From: Geosiphon pyriformis uo1
Lineage: Eukaryota; Fungi; Glomeromycota
NCBI GenBank assembly: GCA_016748015.1
Contig: JAAOMT010000436.1
Coordinates: forward strand, 424,703 to 488,702
Reading direction: 5' to 3'
DNA length: 64,000 bases
The notes beneath the pieces are model-generated. The model was not told the origin of the DNA, searched no databases, and was given only the letters and a program-made list of their open reading frames with translations. The translations under genes were made by a program, and so were the position numbers. The first letter of the stretch is position 1. Every line of letters starts with the position of its first letter. Shown here one piece after another: positions 1 through 11,002 of the stretch.

Positions 1-1734
1 TACATGAGGACTGAACACCAGAGGCACCAATTTCACAAAACTCAATTTTTTCAAAATATCTGAAACCTGGTCTGCTAAAAGCTCCAAAAAGCATTCCAGA
101 AAAGCCAATTAATCAACCAAACAGAAACCACCAAGAGATTTAGAAACCAATGGGACAAGTTTTGCATTTGAAGATAAGCCAACACCAGAAGAAATCGACG
201 AAACCACATGAGAAAAAGAACCACCAGCCATCTGGGCCCAAGTTTTCCCATTGAAAGAAACTGGGCGAACAATTGGTGTATGCTTCTTCTTATATATGTT
301 TGGCAAACGGACCCAATCCTGAAGAGTTATTAACCACTTATCATAAACACCAGAATTCCCACCCAATAAACACTCTGTAGAGATATGATCAAACTGTTTG
401 CAATAAACACAACGGGCCAAAGAAAGACCAGTCCAGTGCAAATTTACACTCTTAAACACTGGAATAGAACCAATAGTAGCCAATTTAGATGTCTCATCAA
501 CAAAACACACAATCATATATCTATCATGCACATATGAGCTGGGATTATGGCCAATAAAGCAAGTCTTTCTATCATACAATTCCAACAAATCAGAAAAATT
601 ATGAGCCATCATATCAACTAAAAGAGTATAAAGCAATGTCTAATAATAATCTCTCACTATCCACAATTTCTTGTTATTTACTGCCAATGCAACATTAACA
701 GAATCTTTACCCATGAAAACTAACCATTTAGAAGCAACCAAGCCAGCCACATCTGATGAATTAAATTCTATTAAAGCTTTTTGCCAAAGCCCAATCAGTT
801 GTATCCTAATCGAAATCACCTGACCAAATTTAGAAAATACTGACTCAATCACTGATCTGGAAAGATCCACTAGGATCTTCTTGACAATCATCTCTTAATT
901 TAAATGGCTGTTTACTTTCCTCAAACCATTATTAACAAAAATTTTCTCACAAATTGCCAATTTTTTTGTCTTTTTCATATTAAACTCAGATGTAAATGAA
1001 GCTCTGATGATCTCTGAGAATTTTGAGGGAGTTAACACTCCCCCAAAACCATCAATTTGATAGAAAATTTTTTTAATTGCAATTAACTTATCATTATTTG
1101 TTTTTCTAGGCACAACAAACAACTCAATATCTAATGCGAATAATTTTACTGGCTCAAAGCTCCTTTTTTCCAGAACACATGATTTAACAAGTGGCAACAG
1201 ATTGGACTCAACAAATCTAGACTTAGGAAGCACTATTTCAGTGTTGTCGTTACTCAAGTTTTTGAAGAATGGTGTTTTTGGCAGCTGTTCTAAGACATAG
1301 GTTCTCATATGCATTTTCTTAGGAGTTGTATCATCCACCATATTATTAGTCTTAGAAGTATTGGAGTTCATGTAACTCATCTCTTCAGCCACTATGTTGT
1401 TTATGTTCCCAACATTGGATATTCTACTAATGCTGATATCTTTACTCTCCATCTCACTACCCTAAGACATCTTACATTCATCACAATCACTCTGTAAAAC
1501 GTGGCCAGGAAGAGGTCTGACCAATGAATCTATCACCATGCCAGTAACATCTGGTTTTTTTGATTTCTTATAAGAGGGACCCCAAGAGTACACACTCTCA
1601 ACATGCGCTTTTTTTTTAGCAACAGCCCAGGATCTCAATCCAGCTGAACCAGAACCAGAACCATCAGCAAAAGAGCCTACTGGATCCATTGCAACAAAAT
1701 TGAGTATGTTGGAAAAAATAACTAAAGGTAGCAA
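1..1734 (-). mobile_element. Decayed non-LTR retrotransposon (LINE) ORF1/gag-like copy; continues off the left edge
   Basis: ORF pieces 1462-1734, 895-1452, 640-891 and 109-636 are all in one frame, separated by single stops. They align with ORF1 of the LINE at 60947-64000 (FEPVKLFALDIEL vs FEPVKSFALDVEL; zinc knuckle CVYCKQFDHISTEC vs CAHCKQFGHVLVNC). Probable ATG at 1689. Confidence 0.92.
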
Positions 1735-1799
1735 GGGGGAAGAAAAAAGAAAAAGCTATATTTTCGGCAGTACAAAAACTCTTATTATGATCAGGGGAT

Positions 1800-4700
1800 T
1801 GACAAGAGAAAGAAAAGAAATTATATTTACACTTAATTTTTATTATGCTATTTAAGTAAAAAAACCAGTAAAAAACTATTAAAAAAAATATAATTACATA
1901 GAAAAAACATAATAAACATGAGATAATATAAAATAATACAAAATAACACAAAATAATTCATAATAACACAAAATAACATTTAATAATATAAAATGATATA
2001 GAATAACTAATAAGAACATAAAATAACTAGTTATAAAGATAAAAAAATAAAGCAATAGCTAAAATAGTAAGTAATAACTAATAATAACAAATAATTAAAA
2101 GTAATTTTATAGAACCAAAAAATATGTATAAAAACAAATAGTTTTAACAAATAAAAAAAACAAATTAAACAAAAATTAGCTTAATATTTTTATATTACTT
2201 TTAGCTTTAAAAACTTTTTTTTTCATCTTTTATATTCTAAATTTACCAAATAAAATATTATCATTTAATTTACAAATCTATGATCTTAATACTCTAATTC
2301 TTAAAATCTGATTAATTTTTTTTACTTACTTTTGTTTTAAATCAGATGCTATTAATATAAATGCTTTTGAAATCTTAATAACTTAAACCAATTATTTTTA
2401 ATCACAATAATTGATTAAATAATAATTTTTATTTTTTATTATTTTTTATTATTTAATTATTACCTTTATTTTGTTAGCTTATCAGAAAAGTAAAAAAACA
2501 ATGCTAAATTCTAATGACTGTATTTACTAGCTTAAAAAAACACAATTATTAGAAATATATTAAAAAAAACTATTTTTTTGTGTTTTATAACAAAAAAACT
2601 TTCAAAGATTAATAGCTAATTTTACATTAAAAACAATTTATTTAAACTCAATCTGCTTTTAAGATCAAATTATAAGTCTCAAATATTATTAATATATTTT
2701 ATTAATTATATTTATAATACTGTTATAAATTGGAATAACAAGCTAACAAATAGCAAAAGAGAACAGGATTGTAGAGTAATAGAATTAATCAAAGAAAATT
2801 CAACTTTAAGAAGTGAATTAAATGAATATGGATTCAATGTGTAAAAGTAGTCTCATAAAATATTTCAGTTATTATTCTTTTCAGAGAATAATTGAAGAAT
2901 CTGAAAATAAAAAAATATTTTATATTGTCAACAAATAATAACATACTGGTATAATTTTATGTTTCATGTTAACATTCTTAAAATTTAATATTGGGTATTA
3001 GATATACTTTTCAATCATGTTTTATTCAATAATTTTTAAATACTACAATTATATAAGTCAGAAAAAAAATAAGTAAATACCAACAAATAATTTTTTATTC
3101 TAGGATGTTTAGATACTTGAAAGTAGAAAAATAAAAATAAAAAAAATAAAAAAAATTGATATAATAGTTGTTATTTTATTTATTTTTGATTATTTATTAC
3201 ATTAATATTTTTTACAGCTAAGAGACTTATTGTTTATATAGTTATTAAAAATAGTTAATAATTAGATTAATAATTAAGTTAATAATTAAGTTAATAATTA
3301 GATCAATAATTAGGTTAATAGTTAAGTTATTAATTAGATTAATGATTACTATCTAAAAATAGAGTGGCTAATTATATAATATTAGTGACTAATATATATA
3401 ATAACTAATAAAAACTATGGGTTTCAACTATAACAATATTATCTATAATATAAAGTTAGTACAAGTTTTGTTATTTATATAAATGATTTAAATTTATTAA
3501 TACAAAATGTTTATTTTAATAAAATATTAAAAATTAATAGTTAAATCAAATTTATTTAAATTTTTTTAGTTAATAAAAGTTTAGATAAAAATTTTTATTA
3601 TATAAAAACTATTTTTGAATATTGTAAAATGGTTTATGTATTTAATCTTAATTATTTTTTAGTTAGAATACATATTTCTGATCAATTAGTATATAATTTA
3701 ATAAGTATAATATAGCAATATTTTTTTAAAAACTTATTAAAATAATATTACTAATTAATAAATATAATTTTTATCTTAATTTTTAAGCCAAGTAATTAAT
3801 TCAAAGCTTATTATATTGGAAAAATCTTGTTTACTTTTTGAAAATGAAATTTTATCTTTAAAAAAACAATAATAACACAATATATTAATAAAAAAAACTT
3901 TCTTTTTGCCAATATTATATTTTTAGAGTATAATAAAAATTACCAATAAATCTGTATCTTGGCAATAGTTAAAAAATCATACCAAAAAAGATAAAAACAC
4001 TTCCTATTATTTACTTAAACAATATAAAAAAAAAAAATCATTACTTAAATTTGTTTTATATATTAAAGTATTATAACAAAGTAAAAATATTTAAATACAA
4101 TATTTACTGTTTTTTAACTATAAACAATTATATTTATTTCTGTTATTTTATTTTTAATACATATTTTTCAATATTTTTATTAATTATATTATACAAAAAA
4201 AACCAATATTTAAAATAATAAGAATAACTAATTAAACAAAAATAATCTATTAATTTAATTAATGATTTTTCTGTTAATTCTAGACAAATATTAATCTTAT
4301 AAAGTTATAAAGTATTTTTAGAAGAAAAATAAAAAGACAACTAAATTTTTTATAATCTTAAGCTTTAAAAAGTTTTATAATTAAGAAATAAAAAAAAAAC
4401 TATAGTTTGATATATAAATTAAATTGTATTTTTATATTCTAATTAATTAATAAATAAGATTCTAATATTTTTATATTCTAATTGGCTAATAAAAATCCAA
4501 AATCACATGTTATATAAAATTATATAAAACATAAGATTTTGAATTTTTTTTCTTTTTTTTTATAATAATGTGATATATGTTTGTTTTTTTTATAATTCTA
4601 ATTTATTACATATTTTGGTTTATGATAAACTATCATTATTTTTTCAAAAAATATTTTTTAAATGAAAGAATATTCTTTAATAAAAGTAAATATATATTTT

Positions 4701-4800
4701 AACATATTGGAATGAATGTAATAAACCTTTAAAATACAATAAAAACTATCTAAAATATATCACTTATAGAAATATTAATTAATCAAAACCATAATAATTT
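1800..4800. other. Extremely AT-rich desert, probably hypermutated transposon relics
   Basis: Almost no G/C and no credible ORFs; directly adjoins the decayed LINE. Relic origin is inferred by analogy with the alignable relic at 54192-55030. Confidence 0.6.
3254..3349. repeat. Degenerate 12-bp tandem repeat, 8 units (consensus ~GTTAATAATTAG)
   Basis: Units read directly: gttaataattag, attaataattaa, gttaataattaa, gttaataattag, atcaataattag, gttaatagttaa, gttattaattag, attaatgattac. Confidence 0.85.
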
Positions 4801-4825
4801 CATTATAGAGAGTTTAAAATAATTA

Positions 4826-5976
4826 TTACTTACGAAGATTAAAGGTTTCTAAATATAATAAATAGTAAAATAAGTAAATGTAAACAAGAGCATAAACATA
4901 AAATTATATTCAAGATTTTGTTTATGGTAATTTCTTACCTTCATCAGAGAAATATGTTAATTCTTCTATAAAGTAAAGTAAAGTAAAGTAAAGTAAGTAA
5001 ATTTTTAATATATATAATAAATAAATCAAAGAAAATTTTTATCTCTTTTAAATTAATTGAACCAACCGTTAGAAAGATCAATAATTTCCAAAGTTAAAAG
5101 ACGACTTTTATAAACTGCTCCTGAATGAATGCTCGTTATCGTTGTTAAATTATCCGTTGTCGAGTCGTCGCCTTTTGCAATTTTTTTTATATAGTTTTCT
5201 GATTCTAAAAGCTGAAACATTTTAGGGTTCTCAGTTTTAGACTCCTGGTTTAACAACCGATACATATTCCAAAGTTCCCACAAGTTATTCTCGAGTTCTT
5301 TGGCAGTAGGACGATTCAATGGATTATCATCCCAACACTTTTCAATTATTTCGGCAATACAAGGTGGAATAAGTGGGGAGGTAATTTCAGGTCTAGCACC
5401 ATTAAAAGAAATATCTAACATGAGAGAGTGGTCATGAGAACAGTTATGAAAAGGAGGCTTTCCTGTTGCTAATTCCCATAATAACATGGCAAAACTATAA
5501 ATATCACCAGCTGCTGTAAACTTTTCTCCTCTTAAAACTTCTGGTGGAATGTATGGAATCACTCCAAATATTCCTTTTTTCTCCTCTGTTGTTGTTGCTT
5601 TATGGTTTACTGGTTGACATAATCCGAGGTCACCAATTTGAACATATTTAATGTCTAATTGCAGGATGTTGCCCGAGTGTAGGTCACGATGAACCATACC
5701 AGAAGAATGAATTGAATAAAGTCCATTAGCTATATCATACGCGATCTCTAATTTATTTTTCCAACTCGTAGAATGAAAATTTTTTGATATAAATTTTCGC
5801 ATGTCTCCATGTTTGGCAAACTTCATCACAATTCCATACTCTAGAGTTTCAGGATTTTGCGTAATCCCATAGATTGAAGAGATCTTGAGTAGCTGAGTAC
5901 TGTTTTTATAAAACATAGCTCTTTGGATATTTAACTATCAACAGTGTAAAAAATGTTAAATTAAGTTATAGTTATA

Positions 5977-6022
<46 letters not shown>

Positions 6023-6478
6023 TATTACCTCTTTCAACACTTCTTCACTATTCATTAAAAATTTTATTGCTACTTCCATCTCTTCCACCTCTCTTCCCAT
6101 ATAATCAAATTTTTTTCTTTCATAATATATCGCACCATAATGTTCTATACTATATACATCAATTAATCCATCAATTACGTTTGCTTTGTAGATTATACCG
6201 AACCCTCCTCTAGCAATTTCTTTGATATTTGACAGATGGTCCCATGGAATCCATTCATAATAATTCAAACCACCATATTTAGTATAAATTGGATTCTTGA
6301 TTATTTCATCAACTACTTTATGGCCGCTTGAAAAGTTTTCATAAAGTTTTTCAAAAAATGTGAATTGGCATGCCGTACACTTATTACTCCCTTCCTTTTC
6401 AATACTCGCTTGACAGAATGGACACAGATTGCAATCATGAGCTTTTGAACGATTGCTTTGAATTTCAACGTTTTCCAT
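4826..6478 (-). CDS. Tyrosine-kinase-like (TKL) protein kinase of the family expanded in AM fungi
   Basis: Exon 6478-6029 (Cys-rich N-terminus, ARGGFGIIY, VAIK) splices via GT..AG in frame to exon 5934-~5067 (HRDLHSGN, DLG, PYIPPE, DIYSFAMLLWE). Two small 3' exons (~4965-4939, ~4848-4826) are less certain. Confidence 0.9.
5977..6020. repeat. (AAT)n microsatellite in kinase intron 1
   Basis: Perfect run that produces the artefactual poly-Tyr tail of ORF 5972-6478. Confidence 0.95.
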
Positions 6479-7402
6479 GGTGTGAATAAAGGGTAAAATG
6501 TGAATATTTTATTGATAAAATAGGGGCTTTCTTTAAGAAGCTTTAATAAAAAATTCGAAAAAAGTAATGATAGACAAACTCATTATTAATACCGGTCTAA
6601 ATCAAAATATCAAGGGTTGAAATGTAACAGACCCAGGTCTTTTTTGCGGTAAATTACGGTAGATATTTCTAATCCTTTTTGAAAATACATTGTCGTTTGA
6701 ATTAATGTTTTTCAATTAGATGATGATAATTAAATGATAATATTCTTTCGTTAAGAATATACGTAATAAGAATATAGGTAATGGATAAATGCTAAAGCAA
6801 ATATGTTTAAAGATTTTTAAGAAACCCATCACTTTTAACTGCTTCAAAGGTTTTAATAGACTCTTTAATTGCACAATCTTAATTACAAGAATCAAAATAA
6901 TTCATGTTATAAATTCTCTTTTTAAAACTTGTATCCACAAAACTTTTTTCTCAATATTTCATCATTGGTTATAATTAACAATGCTGTTTCTGTTCAAATT
7001 AAATCATTATTATATTTAAATTATTTTTATATATATGCATTATATATTGTTTGGCGAATAAATAAACTGTTCAAATTCATTGTTACTAAGGAAATCATCA
7101 AGTCACCAGCGAAGGTTTACGGAGAAAGGCGTGAATTGAAATTAAAAGGTTCAAAAGCAAAAGATACTAGGCTAACTTTTGTATCATTTACAAATGATCT
7201 TTTAACCTCCGTAATAATTACAATTGTGATGCTATCTCGAAAGAGCGGAATGATGGCGTTTATTTAAGGGAATGCAAATTAACGCCATAGTGGTAATTTG
7301 TGCTTGTTACCCACCTTCAAAGATGAATTAAATAATATAAAAGGCAAGAGAACCCGAAGCTTTTTGTATTAGCTTAAATATAAGTACTTTTTTGCCCACA
7401 CA

Positions 7403-8562
7403 ATGCTGTACGTGCGGGAAAAACGAATGCGAGAAATCGTGACCTCTAAACGACTTGCTCTTTTTTTCTTTGCTATATTTTGCGTTTACATCTTGCTGAC
7501 ACTTGGTTTTATTCCTGTCCACTTTGCAAAGAATTCTACTATGAGTTCAAAATCTTCAGGAGCAGAAGTTTCTAGCTACTCTAATCACGTATTTCTTTCA
7601 ACGCTGGTACCTTCGTTAGTCGAGAAACGTCTAATTTTCATAGGTGACGTACATGGCGGGCTTGAAGAATTAAATAATCTATTGGAGAAACTAGAATACG
7701 ACCGGCAGAGAGATCATTTAATTTTTGTTGGAGATTTGACCGCCAAAGGACCCCACTCGTTAGAGGTAGTCAGGCGCGTACGAGAATTAGGAGCCAGCGG
7801 TGTTCGTGGAAATCATGATGATAAAATAATTCGATGGAAAGGTTATTTACAAAGTTTAAAACTTCAAGGAAGCGAATATAGTAGTGCGAACATACCGGGT
7901 GAGTTCAAAATAGGCTCCCAGCATGAGTATTTGGCACAGTGAGTTTTTTTTTTTAAATTTTTCTATGAAAACTTGAATAAATAAAAAAATTAAAGTTAAC
8001 TCTTTATGTTCTTAAAGGAATCTTGATGAGGATCTTTATGAATATCTTCTTACCTTGCCAATTATACTCGAAATTCCTGAATATAATTTATACGTAGTCC
8101 ATGGTGGGCTTCTCCCTAACAAAACAATACATGAGCAATCTCCTTTTGATATCATGAACATGGTAAAAGATAAAGTTCAAAATGTGGATGATATCCCACC
8201 TATTATTATTATTATTATTATTATTTATTATTGATAACTGCTGCCCAATTTTTAATTGGTTATTTTGGTGGTTTCATTAGCGAAATGTCCTAGATAATGG
8301 TACTCCAACTAAAAAAAAACATAAGGGTCGTCCTTGGACAGAATTGTGGAATGAAGCTCAAGTAAAATCTTCCAATCCAAAAACAATTATTTATGGACAT
8401 GACGCTTCACGCGGACTTGTTATCAAACCTTTTTCAATCGGACTTGATTCAGGATGTGGATCTGGTCGACAATTAACTGCCATGATATGGAACCAAGAGA
8501 GACAGTTGGTGAGTGTACCATGTACTTCTGTTTCTGTTCAACAATCTGATGAAGACGATTAA
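7403..8562 (+). CDS. PPN2: Calcineurin-like metallophosphoesterase with N-terminal signal anchor, Ppn2/ApaH-like (candidate vacuolar endopolyphosphatase)
   Basis: Exons 7403-7938, 8018-8162 and 8281-8562 join in frame. Motifs GDVHG, GDLTAKGP, GNHD, VHGG, YGHD and LDSGC; hydrophobic segment LALFFFAIFCVYILLTLGFI. Family is certain, orthology is inferred. Confidence 0.8.
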
Positions 8563-8963
8563 ACATTATGTTTGGATGAAGATTTATTGAAATTCTTTTT
8601 CTGAGGCTCGATAATTTTGGGAGCCATTTGTTCCCACAAATTTATTATTCTTTGGTTATGTCTTTTATTTTCCAAGGTTTTTCGATTCTATAGTGATACT
8701 TTCATTTGTGTGATCTTTCAAAGAAGTGAAACTTTCAATTTTTATCATCAACTAATTCTGGCTTTCAGAAAATTCTTTTCCCCAGAGGACAAATTTACAG
8801 TCTATGATTTGACAATTATTGAGAATTTAGTCTTTTTTCAGTAAATAAAAAAAAGGCCCTCGGCTAATAAAATATATGATTTATAAATTGAAGTTTTGTC
8901 TCACTAAACATCTTAAATTATTTTCTCTTTCATTCAATTATAAACCGTCAGTTTGTTCATCTT

Positions 8964-10838
8964 CTATTGATTATTTTTATATAATGCGATCAATCTCGGG
9001 TTTACATGTATTTTATTAGTAATCATTGAATCGATGATTATTTTTGCATATTCACATTTCTGGAATAGAATATAGATTTCTGCAACTGAGTGAAAGGTTT
9101 CCAAATTCGGACTCACTCTTGTATCCCTTTTTAATAGGTTATAAACATTCTCAAAAAATTTTTCAAGGCGATACTCCAGTGACGCATCTCTACAATTTTG
9201 ATAATGATGAGGAAGATCTTCACAATACTTTTTCTCTCTGTGTTCAATTAGACGTGTAATCACATGATTAAAAAAGCGATTATAAATCTCAATTTTTGGC
9301 TTTACGTTTAGTCTTTCCATTTCATGGAACAAGTAGATAGCTGTCCCCAATCGTTTCTTTCTTAAGGATCCAGAAATCAAATTGAGAAAGGTGACGTATG
9401 TCGGCCAAATAAGATTAGGATCAATTTCTGGACCAATGTTTTTTTCAAAAAGTAAGACGAATTCCTCAAACTTCGACTCTTCATCATTAAGAGAAATCTT
9501 ATGTTTATGCTTTTGACTAATTTCACAATCTCTGGTTCTAAATTTTTCCCTGTTTGATTTTGTTTGATAGAAAGTTGTTGGATTGCCATCCTGTATCTGG
9601 TTGGCCAATTCAGCACGATTCAATAAAAAATAATAAAGCTTTATTGCACAATTCAATCGGTCAATTTTTATGAAAGCTTGTATGATAACATTCCATGTTA
9701 TCATATCAGGAACAAAGCCCAACTTTAGCATCCTTTTAAACGTCTCCAATAGGTTCTTAAAGTCTTTTTTTAGTGCATATTGATGAAGAAGTGAAGTAAT
9801 TATTTTCAGACTTGGTTCTAATCTATAGACGTTTCGCATCTCATCAAGTAACTCATTTGCCAATACTCGATCATGAGCTTTGATTGCCATGTCTATTAAT
9901 ATATTGAATGTGATATTGTCCGGTTTTATGTTATCGGATAATTTCATTTCATTAAAAAATCGAACTGCCTGAACAACTTGATATTTTGTGATTTTCTTAG
10001 CAGAGCTGGTTGAAATAAAGTGAAACATTGCATTGTAATCTGCTAATAAAACGTAAAAACCCCGAGCTTTAAGGTCGGTCAAGACTGTAAAGAGGCTCTC
10101 ATAATTTGAGAAATCATCTGGAGCATTCTGTACTATTAATTTGATTAATTGTCGATAATTTCCAGAAGACAAAGCGGTAATTTCCGGGGAGACCCTTAGC
10201 TCTTTGTAAACCATGATAGCATTCATTCGATTACCTTTTTCGAGAGCACCGTAAAATTTTTTAAGCAGTAAGCTCGTATTGGAAATTTGAGCCATTTTTT
10301 CAATTTTTATCTCGCGATCTTGGTACAATGAAGTCCAACTTGATAAATTTTCTAATCTTTGAGGTTCCTGTTCTGAAAATCCCTTGGAAATAGGTGGTAA
10401 TCGAATTATATCAGAAATTTGTGTAACTGGGAAGATTTCATCCAAGAAAGGATTATCTAATTTGATATCGGCATAAAGATCCAAGTATGCCTCTTTTTGG
10501 AGATTTTCAGCTTTCGTAAATTCGGATTTTTCTTTTAACGGAGAAACCTCAGGGGTGGGAGAATGCAAACTTTCATTAGGTTCTTTAATTTGGGGATGGT
10601 GATCAGATCCAGACCCAACATGGTGATTTCTAAATGAGCCCGGTGACTGAGGTTTAGCCTTACTATTGTGCGAGCAAAAATTCAAAGTTTCTAGGCAGTG
10701 TTTGAAAAAAGAATTAGATCCGCAAGATAGCACATCTTCTAAAAAAAAGTCCTCAGAGGAAAAATGGCCTGAGGGACAAGAACGACTTAATTTCGTGATG
10801 AGTTGTCGACGGCTATTCGTGGCAACAAAAAAAAGCAT
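8964..10838 (-). CDS. Pentatricopeptide-repeat (PPR) protein, probably mitochondrial
   Basis: 624-aa single-exon ORF with PPR motifs (PDNITFNILIDM, PSLKIITSLL, PDMITWNVIIQAF, PKIEIYNRFF, PNLETFHSV) and an Arg/Ser-rich N-terminus. Confidence 0.9.
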   Translation of the reverse strand: MLFFVATNSRRQLITKLSRSCPSGHFSSEDFFLEDVLSCGSNSFFKHCLETLNFCSHNSKAKPQSPGSFRNHHVGSGSDHHPQIKEPNESLHSPTPEVSPLKEKSEFTKAENLQKEAYLDLYADIKLDNPFLDEIFPVTQISDIIRLPPISKGFSEQEPQRLENLSSWTSLYQDREIKIEKMAQISNTSLLLKKFYGALEKGNRMNAIMVYKELRVSPEITALSSGNYRQLIKLIVQNAPDDFSNYESLFTVLTDLKARGFYVLLADYNAMFHFISTSSAKKITKYQVVQAVRFFNEMKLSDNIKPDNITFNILIDMAIKAHDRVLANELLDEMRNVYRLEPSLKIITSLLHQYALKKDFKNLLETFKRMLKLGFVPDMITWNVIIQAFIKIDRLNCAIKLYYFLLNRAELANQIQDGNPTTFYQTKSNREKFRTRDCEISQKHKHKISLNDEESKFEEFVLLFEKNIGPEIDPNLIWPTYVTFLNLISGSLRKKRLGTAIYLFHEMERLNVKPKIEIYNRFFNHVITRLIEHREKKYCEDLPHHYQNCRDASLEYRLEKFFENVYNLLKRDTRVSPNLETFHSVAEIYILFQKCEYAKIIIDSMITNKIHVNPRLIALYKNNQ

Positions 10839-11002
10839 CTCGAGCGAGAAATATTGTCAAAAATTTTGCGGCATATTTATTTTGTTCTCACATCTTGTGA
10901 CACCAAATCAATCAACTTAAAAAATTTATTTTAGCCAAAATAATAAAAGCAATAAGCATTTGGCATAGCTAGTTCTGCTGGAATACTCTATTTGCAAGAG
11001 CA

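Noticed and set aside
2750-3060. Possible eroded SWIM/MULE transposase fragment
   Set aside because: Only a vague Cys/His spacing after assuming reversions; cannot be supported by eye.
3254-3349. CRISPR-like array
   Set aside because: Contiguous 12-bp units without spacers, in a eukaryotic context.
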